From sequence record ON529857.1: DNA of 64,000 nt; one strand, 5' to 3'. Both the position numbers and the translations under genes were made by a program. The notes under the pieces are model-generated. The model was not told the origin of the DNA. It ran no database searches and saw nothing but the letters and a program-made list of their open reading frames with translations. Shown piece by piece: positions 46,048-55,054 of this stretch; positions within the stretch are counted from its first letter, which is position 1, and each line of letters begins with the position of its first letter.

Positions 46048-46407
46048 TCAGTCCTCCTGCCCGACTTCGGCGGCCTCGTTGGGGAAGGCGGCTTCCAGCG
46101 CCGCGACCAGAACCGGGTCACGCCCGCCGCGAATCACCCGCTTGATCGCGGCCGATTCGTCCTCGCTCGGGCCTTCTCCGCCCGTCATGCCGAAACGCAC
46201 ATTCCACGCATCGGCGATTTCTTGGGCGCCGGCGCGGGTCTCGTCCATGCCGTCCAGGGTGTAGTCGAAGGCCGACTCCAGGTGCTGGCCCTTGATCCAG
46301 AAGGCGGACGCGGCCGCGTCGGTGGTGTCCTCCCAGCCGCCGTCCGGGCCGTTCGGCTCATGGGTCGGCTGGACATAGTAGAAGAAAAAGGCTTGGCGCG
46401 GGATCAT
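46048..46407 (-). CDS. Cassette hypothetical protein
   Basis: Start MIPRQAFF after consensus RBS. Confidence 0.7.
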   Translation of the reverse strand: MIPRQAFFFYYVQPTHEPNGPDGGWEDTTDAAASAFWIKGQHLESAFDYTLDGMDETRAGAQEIADAWNVRFGMTGGEGPSEDESAAIKRVIRGGRDPVLVAALEAAFPNEAAEVGQED

Positions 46408-46612
46408 GGCGGGGCGTCTCCGTGTTGTTGCTCCCCTTCTAGGCCGGGCGCGGTGGTGTGTCAACCTCTTTTCGGTAGTTATTTATCCGTTAAGGTTAAT
46501 GCGAGCCGGACACAAAGAAAACGCCCGGCCGGGGGAGACAGGCCCGGCCGGGCGCTTCAGGCGGAGAGGATGCAGAAGGTGACGAAATAGAACCAGAGGC
46601 GGGCGGGCAAAC

Positions 46613-46987
46613 TCAAGCGGGCGGCCCCATCCGGCTGTCGACCCATTCCGGCCCCCAAGTGAGGATGCGCAGGCGATCCGCCATCGACTGAACCGCCAGG
46701 GCGCGGGCGGCGCGCACGTCGCCCTTCAGGGCGCGCGACGCCAGTTGCAGACAGAGATAGTTGTCGTCGATGAAACGATCCATCTCGTCCAGCTTCTCGA
46801 TGCCGACGCTGAGCGCGGTCTGCGCCGTCAGTTCGGCGCCGCCGATGTTGAACACCGCCCAGCCTTCCGTGAGGTTGGTCTCGTTGTCCTTCTCGATGAT
46901 AGCGGCGTATTCCTTCAGCATCCCCAGCAGGGCGTTGATGAGGACCACCTTGGGCATGTCGTCGATCTTCTTCATCTCAGTCCTCAT
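46613..46987 (-). CDS. Hypothetical protein
   Basis: Coupled gene. Confidence 0.6.
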   Translation of the reverse strand: MRTEMKKIDDMPKVVLINALLGMLKEYAAIIEKDNETNLTEGWAVFNIGGAELTAQTALSVGIEKLDEMDRFIDDNYLCLQLASRALKGDVRAARALAVQSMADRLRILTWGPEWVDSRMGPPA

Positions 46988-47342
46988 ACATGGCGTCGTT
47001 GAACAGGTCTTGCGAACCGGGATCGGTGAACTCCAGAATCGTTTCTTCGCGAATCGTCTGGGTCAGCACGGCGCGGCCGTCGTCGGTGGTGGTCGATTCG
47101 CTCTTGTAGGTCCGCAGGATCAGGCGGACATCGTCGAGCGACTTGAAGTCGCCGAAGACCACAGATTCGGGCCGGGCATAGACCATCTGCCGGGCCTCGG
47201 GGCGGCGCAGCAGGGCGAGGCGCAGAGCCTTGGCCTCGAACGGCGCCAGCGGCTCCAGCATCGTGCGCTGTTGGCGGCTGGCGGACTTGAAGCCGCCCCA
47301 GGCGTCGCCGACGACTTCAATGATCAGGGTGCCGTGGTTCAT
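46977..47342 (-). CDS. Hypothetical protein
   Basis: Start MNHGTLII; GDFKSLDDV. Confidence 0.65.
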   Translation of the reverse strand: MNHGTLIIEVVGDAWGGFKSASRQQRTMLEPLAPFEAKALRLALLRRPEARQMVYARPESVVFGDFKSLDDVRLILRTYKSESTTTDDGRAVLTQTIREETILEFTDPGSQDLFNDAMYED

Positions 47343-47536
47343 GACGGCGCCCGATCCAGATTCATCCGCTTCGTGGTCGTGCGGGTGCGGCCGTCGTCGC
47401 AGGCGACGATGAAACGACCGGTGTCGGCGGGGACGCGCTTCAGGCGGCCCAGCCACGTCGGGGCGATGCCGTTGCGGTCGGGGCGGCCGTAAAGCCGCAC
47501 CCGGTCGCCGGGGGCGAGGGTGGCGCGGGCGTCCAT
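47339..47536 (-). CDS. Small SH3-like hypothetical protein
   Basis: LAPGDRVRL...RFIVACDDG. Confidence 0.6.
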   Translation of the reverse strand: MDARATLAPGDRVRLYGRPDRNGIAPTWLGRLKRVPADTGRFIVACDDGRTRTTTKRMNLDRAPS

Positions 47537-47733
47537 CAGCGAATCGCCTTGGCGCGGATCGACTTTTCGGTGACTTCCTGCATGAAGTTGGCGGGGTTGG
47601 ACATCAGATAGTTGCACTGATCGTTCAGCAGGGTCTTGACCTCGCGGCGCGCCTGCGCCCGGTTCATCCAGGCCGGCACCGTGACCTTGACGGTGAATTC
47701 CAGTTCCTTGCGGCGTTTGATCGTCTTGGGCAT
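47536..47733 (-). CDS. Cassette small basic protein
   Basis: Consensus promoter and RBS. Confidence 0.7.
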   Translation of the reverse strand: MPKTIKRRKELEFTVKVTVPAWMNRAQARREVKTLLNDQCNYLMSNPANFMQEVTEKSIRAKAIR

Positions 47734-47775
47734 GGGGTGTCTCCCGTTGTTTGATGGCTCAGGTGTAGCCCGGCG

Positions 47776-48114
47776 TCAGGCCGGTGTCAACTCCTCTTTT
47801 ATACTATTTTTCGCCGCCTCGGCCAGGGCGGTGAAGCCCGCCTCCTTCAACGTCGCATAGAGGTGTCCGTGCAGATAGCGCAGGGTCGAGCGGCCGCGCA
47901 TGATCGTGCGCACCACGCCCAGGGGTTCGCCCTTGCGGTTGCGGACGGTGATGATGATGGTGGTCTTTTCCGACCCATAGGGCGACGGCAGTTCAGGGCC
48001 TTCCACCTGATACAGCACCTCGGCGCTCTGGCGCGGGGTCGTCAGGGTCAGGGTCTGGATGGCGCCCTTGATCAGGGTGTCGCCGTAAAGAAAGGTCATG
48101 CGGGCGCGAGCCAT
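47776..48114 (-). CDS. Cassette hypothetical protein
   Basis: Consensus promoter and RBS. Confidence 0.7.
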   Translation of the reverse strand: MARARMTFLYGDTLIKGAIQTLTLTTPRQSAEVLYQVEGPELPSPYGSEKTTIIITVRNRKGEPLGVVRTIMRGRSTLRYLHGHLYATLKEAGFTALAEAAKNSIKEELTPA

Positions 48115-48268
48115 GGGGTGTCTCCTCTGTTCGCCCTCCTTCTAGGCCGGGCGCGGCCGGGTGTCAACCCCTTTTCCGTAGTTATGGGTTTGTTAAGGTT
48201 AACGCGAACCGCTCGCGAAAAATGCGCCCGGCCGGGGGAGACAAGCCCGGCCGGGCGCGGTCGGCGCC

Positions 48269-48622
48269 TCAGGCGTTGAGGTCGCCGTATTCGGTCCCGC
48301 ATTGCAGGATTTCGCCCGTCTCGTCGCTGAAATGGATTTGATTCAGCCGCAGGAAGGCGCCGGTGCGGGCGTGGGGCCATTCGACCTGACAGGTGAGCAT
48401 ATCGTCGAAGATCACCTTAGGCTCGCCGTATTGCGACCAGTCGATGCCGCCGCGCGCGTCAATCTCGCCCTTGGCGTCGGAGACGATGCGATCCAGCACC
48501 GACCGGGCGATCCGGCCCGGCGCGCTCTTGATCCCATAGGCGCCGCGCCCGTTGTTGGCGAAGCTGTTCCAGTTGCTTTCGTCTTGAGTGTAGTTCTCGA
48601 CGTCGATCTGTTCGTCCGTCAT
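48269..48622 (-). CDS. Hypothetical protein
   Basis: GGAG RBS, second gene. Confidence 0.65.
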   Translation of the reverse strand: MTDEQIDVENYTQDESNWNSFANNGRGAYGIKSAPGRIARSVLDRIVSDAKGEIDARGGIDWSQYGEPKVIFDDMLTCQVEWPHARTGAFLRLNQIHFSDETGEILQCGTEYGDLNA

Positions 48623-48626
48623 CGCC

Positions 48627-49010
48627 TCACTCCTTGTTGATGATCAGATAGCCCGGCACGTCGTCGCGGGCTTGCGGGCGCACCACGAAGAGATAGAACC
48701 GGCCGTTGTGGGTGCGATTCTTGGCCTCGGCGGCGTCGCGGGTCGGATAGACCGACAGGCCCAGGGCGGGCAACCAGTCGCCGACCCACGGCTCGTCGTT
48801 GAGCGTCAGCAGATACTGCTGCGGCAGGTCGTCCTCGTCGCGCTCGTCTTCGCTCTCGTCCAGATGCTCGACCTCCCACCAGCCGGCGCCGTGGGCGTCG
48901 CCCGAGGTGTAGCCCTCGCGAACCTGCCCGGCGATCATGTCCAGCACGTCCGCCAGATGATCGGCGGTCAGGGAGGCGCGGGGGCGGAAGGTGAAAACCG
49001 TGTTCTTCAT
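48627..49010 (-). CDS. Cassette hypothetical protein
   Basis: VLDMIAGQVREGYTSG. Confidence 0.7.
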   Translation of the reverse strand: MKNTVFTFRPRASLTADHLADVLDMIAGQVREGYTSGDAHGAGWWEVEHLDESEDERDEDDLPQQYLLTLNDEPWVGDWLPALGLSVYPTRDAAEAKNRTHNGRFYLFVVRPQARDDVPGYLIINKE

Positions 49011-49169
49011 GTCGGGTGTCTCCGTTGTTCTGTCTCCCTTCTAGCCGGGGCGATTTCAAGTGTCAACCGCTTTTGTGTAGATAATGCCGGAGAGACGTTA
49101 ACCTTAACACCGCATTAAGGTTAATGCGAACGGGGCGCAGAAAGGCGGTCCGTCAGGACCGCCCTCGCG

Positions 49170-49742
49170 TCAGGCCAGATAGACCTTGCCGTCGTCGCCG
49201 ATATAGACCCCGACCGTCCCGAAAGCCTCGGCGGCGGATTGCAGGGCCGTGCCGTGCGGCGAGGGCCAGCCGCCGTCGAAGAAACCGGCGCCATGCCCGT
49301 TGCGGCTGCGCCAGAAGTCATGCCCCGCCTTGGGGCTGTCGATGTCGGGAAAGGCCAGCGTCGCCGTCTCGGGCATGGCCTCGGCGTAGGCGTCGAAGTC
49401 GCGCGTTCCCCGGAACAGGTCGCAGTCGGCGATGATGCGCGCCAGCGTCTCCGGCGCCAGGTCGGTGAAGCGGGCGGCGCGGAAGGACGGCGCGTCGGCG
49501 GGCTTGTCGTCGCACCACCATTCGGACTCGTTCAGGTCCGTGAGCATCCAGTCCCAGGCGCCGTCGCTGCGCGTCTGCGGGGCGAGACTCCAGCCTTGAA
49601 ACAGGGCGATGATGTAGCCTTGGGTGAAGGCGTCAAGGTCGCGATCCCACAGATAGACGTTTGACGCCTTCGGCGCCCAGGAAACGGGCGGATCAAGCGG
49701 GATGCAAACCTCTCCGGTGGTGTCGAGTATGAGTTCCGGCAT
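49170..49742 (-). CDS. Hypothetical protein, GHDFW..RNGHGAGF family (paralog of 35647-36267)
   Basis: AGHDFWRSRNGHGAGFFDGGWPSP. Confidence 0.8.
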   Translation of the reverse strand: MPELILDTTGEVCIPLDPPVSWAPKASNVYLWDRDLDAFTQGYIIALFQGWSLAPQTRSDGAWDWMLTDLNESEWWCDDKPADAPSFRAARFTDLAPETLARIIADCDLFRGTRDFDAYAEAMPETATLAFPDIDSPKAGHDFWRSRNGHGAGFFDGGWPSPHGTALQSAAEAFGTVGVYIGDDGKVYLA

Positions 49743-49752
49743 GGGGCGTCTC

Positions 49753-49956
49753 CTACAGGGCCAGGGCGGCGTCGAAGGCCGCCGATTGCAGTTTCTTGGC
49801 GGCTTCGGCTTCGCGGGGGTGCCGCTGCGCCAGACCGTCAAAGCGTTCTTTCTGGTGCGACCGCTCGCCGTCAGCGGTGGTCATGTTCATCACCTCGCCC
49901 CACAGGTGGGCCATTTCGAGGATTAGGACGGAACGGCGGGAAGCGTTCATATACAT
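49753..49956 (-). CDS. Cassette hypothetical protein
   Basis: Consensus promoter and RBS. Confidence 0.65.
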   Translation of the reverse strand: MYMNASRRSVLILEMAHLWGEVMNMTTADGERSHQKERFDGLAQRHPREAEAAKKLQSAAFDAALAL

Positions 49957-50027
49957 CGGGTGTCTCCGGTTGCGGTGGTTCTGTAGTAGCCCGCCGCAAC
50001 CGGAGTGTCAACCGTTCTTTTTCAGAA

Positions 50028-50504
50028 TCAGCACCGCCGCAACATTTCGCGCGTCAAGGCTTCTTCCTGGCGGGCGATGTCAATCGCGGCGCGCTCATTC
50101 GCCTTGGCGTGGGCGCTGGCGGCCTGTTCCTGACAGATGGCCTGACGCCGGCGAATCTCATTGGTCGAAAGGGTGCGGAACAGGACGTCGGCGTCCTGAT
50201 CGACCTTGACGGTCCAGTGCTGCGCGGATTCATCGTCCGACCGCAGGTGCGGTGGGAAATAGATGTCCGCCACGTCCTGTTGAAAGAAGGTGCCGTCGCC
50301 GCGCATCTTGCGTTCCAGGTCCGCCACCTCGGCGGGCGCGATCTCGTCGATTGAGAAGGTCACGCTTTCGCCCAGGCCGTCGCCCTCGTCGATGAAATGG
50401 CCGATCTGCCCCAGCGACATACGCTCGACGGCGTGAACGTCTTCGGGCGTATGGGCCGTGTGCAGAACCGTCACGGTGATGACGGTGCGGATGATCTGAG
50501 GCAT
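50028..50504 (-). CDS. Cassette hypothetical protein
   Basis: Consensus promoter and RBS. Confidence 0.7.
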   Translation of the reverse strand: MPQIIRTVITVTVLHTAHTPEDVHAVERMSLGQIGHFIDEGDGLGESVTFSIDEIAPAEVADLERKMRGDGTFFQQDVADIYFPPHLRSDDESAQHWTVKVDQDADVLFRTLSTNEIRRRQAICQEQAASAHAKANERAAIDIARQEEALTREMLRRC

Positions 50505-50656
50505 GGGGGTGTCTCCCGTTGTTGTTCGCCGCCTGTGTAAGGCGGTCGAAAAGGAGTGTCAACCTCTTTTTCACAGAAAGTCGTCAACCTTAATGCGGTG
50601 TTAAGGTTAACGCGAACCGACCGCACAAAAGAAAACCCGGCCGAAGCCGGGTTCCC

Positions 50657-50989
50657 TCAGAAAGGTATGTCGGAGTCCAGCGCGGGCGCCGGCTCGACGG
50701 GGGCGGGCGGGGCGTTCAGGGCGGCGATGTAGGCCGCCTGCTCCGCCTCGCTCATGTCCCAGAAGGAATCATCTTCCGGGTGCGGGCCGCGCGGTCCCCG
50801 ATAATGGGGGTTGCGCTCCCAGGTGTCGAACGGCGACAGCACATATTCGCTGTCCGGGTCGAGGCTTCCATAGGCCGAGACATATTGAAACACCGCCTCG
50901 TTCATGTATTCCGCCTGTCCCATCGCCTCCTGCGCCAGGGCGTCCGCCTTTTCGCGTTCGTAGGCGTCGACTCGTTCCAGGTAGTCCAT
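50657..50989 (-). CDS. Cassette acidic hypothetical protein
   Basis: FDTWERNPHYRGPRGPHPEDD; ends DSDIPF (SSB-like acidic tail). Confidence 0.7.
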   Translation of the reverse strand: MDYLERVDAYEREKADALAQEAMGQAEYMNEAVFQYVSAYGSLDPDSEYVLSPFDTWERNPHYRGPRGPHPEDDSFWDMSEAEQAAYIAALNAPPAPVEPAPALDSDIPF

Positions 50990-51185
50990 GTTCAGTTCTC
51001 CGGTTGAAGCTACTTCATGGCGGTTCTCCTTGGGTTGGGGTTGCTCTCGTCTTGAGGCCCCACCATAGCAGGGCGGTTCAGGGTGTCAACACCTTTTTCG
51101 CAGAAAAATCGACGAGGCGGTTCTGTTAAGGTTAATGCGACCGGTGCGCAGATAGACCCCGGCTTAGGCCGGGGTCGTGTGCGCG

Positions 51186-51542
51186 TCAGCCGCCGAGGCG
51201 CTGGATGATTTCGTCATTCGACATCGTGTCCATCAGTTCCTCGACGCGGCGGGCCTTTTCAGCCTCGACCTTCTGGGCCGCCTCCTGCGCGCGGCGATAT
51301 TCGGCCATCGCCGCCTTGCCCGCCTCGGTCGTCTCGGGATCGACGGTCATGTAAAGCGTGACCTCGCGGCCCTGGCGATCCACGAAGACCGGGCGCCCGG
51401 ACGGCGTCATCGTCACGGTGAAATGGTGCTTGACCAGCCGATTGGCGGTCTCCATCCCGAAGTCGCCGCCGAAGCAGCCGCCGGCCGCCTTGACGGTGTG
51501 GTTTTTACGCAGACGGGTGTGATAGCCGATATTCTTGTGCAT
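51186..51542 (-). CDS. Cassette hypothetical protein
   Basis: Consensus promoter and RBS. Confidence 0.7.
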   Translation of the reverse strand: MHKNIGYHTRLRKNHTVKAAGGCFGGDFGMETANRLVKHHFTVTMTPSGRPVFVDRQGREVTLYMTVDPETTEAGKAAMAEYRRAQEAAQKVEAEKARRVEELMDTMSNDEIIQRLGG

Positions 51543-51705
51543 GGGGTGTCTCCTCCCTTGATCTGTCCCAGGGTATAGCCGGGGCGGTTCTAGGTGTCAA
51601 CCGCTTTTTCATAGAAAATGCCGGGGATGCGTTAAGGTTAACGCGAACCGCTCGCGAAAAATGCGCCCGGCCGGGGGAGACAAGCCCGGCCGGGCGCGGT
51701 TTGGT

Positions 51706-52332
51706 TCAGACGGCGACGTGCTTGCCGGTCTCGTCGAACCAATAGCCGTTGATCTGCAAGGTCTCGTTGACCGCCTCGTCGGAGGTTTCGGCCTCGTAAG
51801 CCTCGCGAAGCTGTTCCCAAATCCAGTCCATGTATCGGCGCAGGACGTCCGCCAGGGCGCGCTCCGTCTCGGGCGTCACGTCGCCGTCTTCGCCGAGGGT
51901 GACATGAATGTCCACGGACCCCGAATGGGTGTAGCGGTCGCGGTGGCTGATCTCCGCGCGCAGGGCGAAGGCGTTGTCCTGTTGCAGGGTGAACAGGTCG
52001 GCGGCGATTTGAAGCAGCTTCGCATCTTGCGGGGCCTCTTCCTTGAGCGCCGCGAGGGCGCCGGCCTTGAAGACGTAGCCGCCGGTGAAACAGGCGCCGT
52101 CGCCTTGGGTGTAGAAGCCGCTCCACAGGATGCGCGGGCTTCCGTTCCGTTCGGTGTCGATGGTGATTCCCATCAGGGCGGCGAAGTCGTCCGCCTCCTC
52201 CAGCACCGTGTCGGCGTAGTTGGTGTCCCCCGCCATCACCACGTCGGTGAACCACTGGCGGGCGGCCGCCTTGGCCTTCTCGGTCGGCAATTCGTCGATC
52301 TGATAGAGGGTGCGGGTCTGGGTCATGGGCAT
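51706..52332 (-). CDS. Conserved hypothetical, SGFxxQGDGA family (often auto-annotated as antitoxin in mobile elements)
   Basis: LYQIDELP...AKAAARQWF, ILWSGFYTQGDGACF, YEAETSDEAV...GYWFDETG. Confidence 0.7.
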   Translation of the reverse strand: MPMTQTRTLYQIDELPTEKAKAAARQWFTDVVMAGDTNYADTVLEEADDFAALMGITIDTERNGSPRILWSGFYTQGDGACFTGGYVFKAGALAALKEEAPQDAKLLQIAADLFTLQQDNAFALRAEISHRDRYTHSGSVDIHVTLGEDGDVTPETERALADVLRRYMDWIWEQLREAYEAETSDEAVNETLQINGYWFDETGKHVAV

Positions 52333-52499
52333 GGCGGGTGTCTCCGTTGTTCTGCTTCCCTTCTAGCCGGGGCGGTCTCAGGTGTCAACCACTTTTTCAC
52401 AGAAAATAGCAGGGCGGCGGCCATTAACCTTAATGGGGTGTTAAGGTTAATGCGAGCGGGTCGCAGAACGCCCCGGCTTCGGCCGGGGCGCATCGCGGG

Positions 52500-53030
52500 T
52501 CATCCCTCCCCGAAGTAGAAGGCGCCCAGCCACGTCCGAATCGCCTCGTCCTCTTCATAGGAGGTCGGGTAATCCGTCCACGGCGTCCCCCAGTCCTGAT
52601 ATTGCAGGCGGGCGTTCGACGGGTCGCCCCACGTCCCCAGCTCGCCGCGCAGGCGCAGCGCCGGGCCGCCGGTGCTCAGCAGGATTTGAAACTCTTCGGC
52701 GCCGTCGCGGTCCTCGGGATCGCGCGGGCCGGGGTCGCGCCAGCCGTCGCGCACCTGAACCGACAGGACCGATTCGATGATCTCCTGACGCACGGCGTCC
52801 TTGTCCACCTCCTCGCCTTCGACCGGCTCGACGCTGTAGTCGTCCAGCCCCGCCGCCTCGGCGGCTTCCTCGGCCGCCTCTTCGGTCTCATAGGTGGCGC
52901 TCTCGTAGCCGTCCGCCTCGATCGTGTAGCCGATCGGCTCGGGCGTGTCGTCGGCGGCGTTCAGCTTGGCGGCCTGCTCCACGATGGTGGAAAGCCAGGC
53001 GGCGGCGTTGCCTTTAGCGTGTTCGCTCAT
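52500..53030 (-). CDS. Cassette acidic hypothetical protein
   Basis: EFQILLSTGGPALRLRGEL, YQDWGTPW. Confidence 0.75.
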   Translation of the reverse strand: MSEHAKGNAAAWLSTIVEQAAKLNAADDTPEPIGYTIEADGYESATYETEEAAEEAAEAAGLDDYSVEPVEGEEVDKDAVRQEIIESVLSVQVRDGWRDPGPRDPEDRDGAEEFQILLSTGGPALRLRGELGTWGDPSNARLQYQDWGTPWTDYPTSYEEDEAIRTWLGAFYFGEG

Positions 53031-53191
53031 GTCGGTGTGTCTCCGTTGTTGGTGACACCCTTTTAGCCGGAGCGATTCAGGGTGTCAACACATCTTTTTC
53101 AGAAAATACAGAAGGAGGTGTTAACCTTAATACGGCGTTAAGGTTAACGCGAACGGATCGCAGAACGCCCCGGCGTCGTCCGGGGCGAGGA

Positions 53192-53404
53192 TCAGCCCTT
53201 GAACCAGGACTCAGGCGCAGACCCGATCCAATGCGGGCGACCATTCGTCAGGGTGCGGCGAATGTGGCGCGAGGGCAGGGCGTCGTCGCGAATGACGACT
53301 TCATGCGCCTGCTGGCGCGCCCATGCCTTCGCCTTGGCGAGGGCGGTGAAAGAGCGGCGCGCCACGATCTCGCGGAGGGTCAGGGCGGTGGCGGTGTAGG
53401 CCAT
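53192..53404 (-). CDS. Hypothetical protein
   Basis: AAAGGA RBS, second gene. Confidence 0.6.
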   Translation of the reverse strand: MAYTATALTLREIVARRSFTALAKAKAWARQQAHEVVIRDDALPSRHIRRTLTNGRPHWIGSAPESWFKG

Positions 53405-53419
53405 GATTCGTCCTTTCGT

Positions 53420-53665
53420 TCAGTTCTGGCGCAGGCCGGGGAAGGCCGGATTCTGGTCGCACCACGCCTGCGCCTCCGCCTCGGTGGTGAAGGGCATACG
53501 GCAAAGGCCGGTGGTGCCGTCGGGGTGTTCGACCGTCCAGCCCGCCGGCTCGCGGGTCCAGTTCGGCTTGTCGGCCTCGCTCGACCAGGGGGCGGCGCCT
53601 CGGACGGAGGCGGTGCGGCCGGTCACGGCGTGGCGCCAGACGTGGTGCGGGATGGGGCGGCTCAT
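53420..53665 (-). CDS. Cassette hypothetical protein
   Basis: Consensus promoter and RBS. Confidence 0.7.
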   Translation of the reverse strand: MSRPIPHHVWRHAVTGRTASVRGAAPWSSEADKPNWTREPAGWTVEHPDGTTGLCRMPFTTEAEAQAWCDQNPAFPGLRQN

Positions 53666-53738
53666 GGGGCGTCTCCGTTGTTGGTGACACCCTTCTAGCC
53701 GGACGCCAGAAGGGTGTCAACCTCTTTTTATCAGAAAA

Positions 53739-54536
53739 TCAGTCCCGCGTGTCGGCGATCATCTGCGCCGTCTCGGCGGCGATCTCCTGGCGGTCGCCGA
53801 CGATCAGCCAGCCGTCTTCGTCGGCGTTCGGATCGAAGACGACGAAGGGGCCTTCATGCTGCGCCGCGCGGGCGATCAGTCCGGCCTTGATCGCCTCATG
53901 CCGGGCGGCGATCTCGTCAGGCGTCAGGGACGGGGCGCCGTGGAAGGCGTGGACGTCGAACCGTCCTTCGAGGAAGGCGGCGCGGCGGCGAAACTGATAG
54001 CCGCCCATCATCACCTCACATTCGGCTTGCGAATAGATTTCGGGGCCGAACAGATGGCCGATCACGTCGCCCTTGTTCTGCTTGGTCAGATAGGCAGGCG
54101 GATCGACAAAGCGCACGATCAGGCCCAAGAATCCACCTTCGGTGAAATAGCCGGTGACGACGGCGCGCCCCAGGTTGTTGAAGTTGGCTTCCACTTCGGA
54201 GCCCACGGCGGGCGGCGGCTCCTCCCCGCCCCAGCGCGGCAGAAGGCTCTGAGTCTCGACCGGGCGGCCGTCCGCATCCCATTCCAGCGCCTCCCATTGC
54301 GGCAGGTCAGGCGTCCAGCCGTAGCCGTAAACCTCCAGCAGCCAGGACGGGCCGTAACGGTTGCGGATCAGCCGCAGCGCGGCGGCGTCGTCCTCGTCGC
54401 TCTCGCGCGCTTCGGCCCAGACCGCGCACAGGGCGGTTTTCCAGCCCCCGGCGGCGCCGGCGTATTTGGTCGCGAACGCCTCCAGGGCGGCGCGGGCGGG
54501 GTCGCGCAGGGGCGGATAGGTCACAGCGTCAGTCAT
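53739..54536 (-). CDS. Cassette hypothetical protein, 265 aa
   Basis: Consensus promoter and RBS; LRLIRNRYGPSWL. Confidence 0.75.
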   Translation of the reverse strand: MTDAVTYPPLRDPARAALEAFATKYAGAAGGWKTALCAVWAEARESDEDDAAALRLIRNRYGPSWLLEVYGYGWTPDLPQWEALEWDADGRPVETQSLLPRWGGEEPPPAVGSEVEANFNNLGRAVVTGYFTEGGFLGLIVRFVDPPAYLTKQNKGDVIGHLFGPEIYSQAECEVMMGGYQFRRRAAFLEGRFDVHAFHGAPSLTPDEIAARHEAIKAGLIARAAQHEGPFVVFDPNADEDGWLIVGDRQEIAAETAQMIADTRD

Positions 54537-54581
54537 GGGGCGTCTCCCGTTTCGGTGTTGAGCCTGTCTATCCGGGCGGCG

Positions 54582-54794
54582 TCAGCTTGTCAACCGATTT
54601 TCTGTGGAAAGCGTTTCGCGCGGCTGGACCGCATAGGTGCGGCGCACGGCGCGCTCCGCCCCCTGCTTCTGCAAGGCCAGCTTGAGGCAGCGATGCGCCT
54701 CGTCCCGATCCCCCGCCAGGGCGGCCTCTTCGGCGCGGCGCGCGAAATACAGCTTGGCGCGGCGGGAATGGCGGGCGGCGATCTTGGCGTTCAT
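54582..54794 (-). CDS. Cassette basic protein (paralog of 29858-30037)
   Basis: YFARRAEEAALAGDRDEAHRCL. Confidence 0.7.
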   Translation of the reverse strand: MNAKIAARHSRRAKLYFARRAEEAALAGDRDEAHRCLKLALQKQGAERAVRRTYAVQPRETLSTENRLTS

Positions 54795-54979
54795 CGGGTG
54801 TCTCCGTTGCGTCTGTCCTTTCGTTCTAGGGCAGGGCGAGGATGGTGTCAACCTCTTTTCTGTAGAAAAATGCAGTCGGCCCGTTAACCTTAATGCGGCG
54901 TTAAGGTTAATGCGAGCGGCTCGCGTTAACCTTAACAAGCTGGGGCGCGGGTAGGCCCGCCAGCGGCGGGCCTTGTCGG

Positions 54980-55054
54980 CTATTTAAACAGCATGACCAC
55001 GACGACGGCGAGCGCCAGTTTCCACGCGCCAAGGGCGCGGTCCAGCACCTTCAC
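54980..55054 (-). CDS. 24-aa hydrophobic micropeptide (paralog of 36854-36928)
   Basis: (GTG)MKVLDRALGAWKLALAVVVVMLFK; GTGA overlap with the upstream stop. Confidence 0.55.
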   Translation of the reverse strand: MKVLDRALGAWKLALAVVVVMLFK

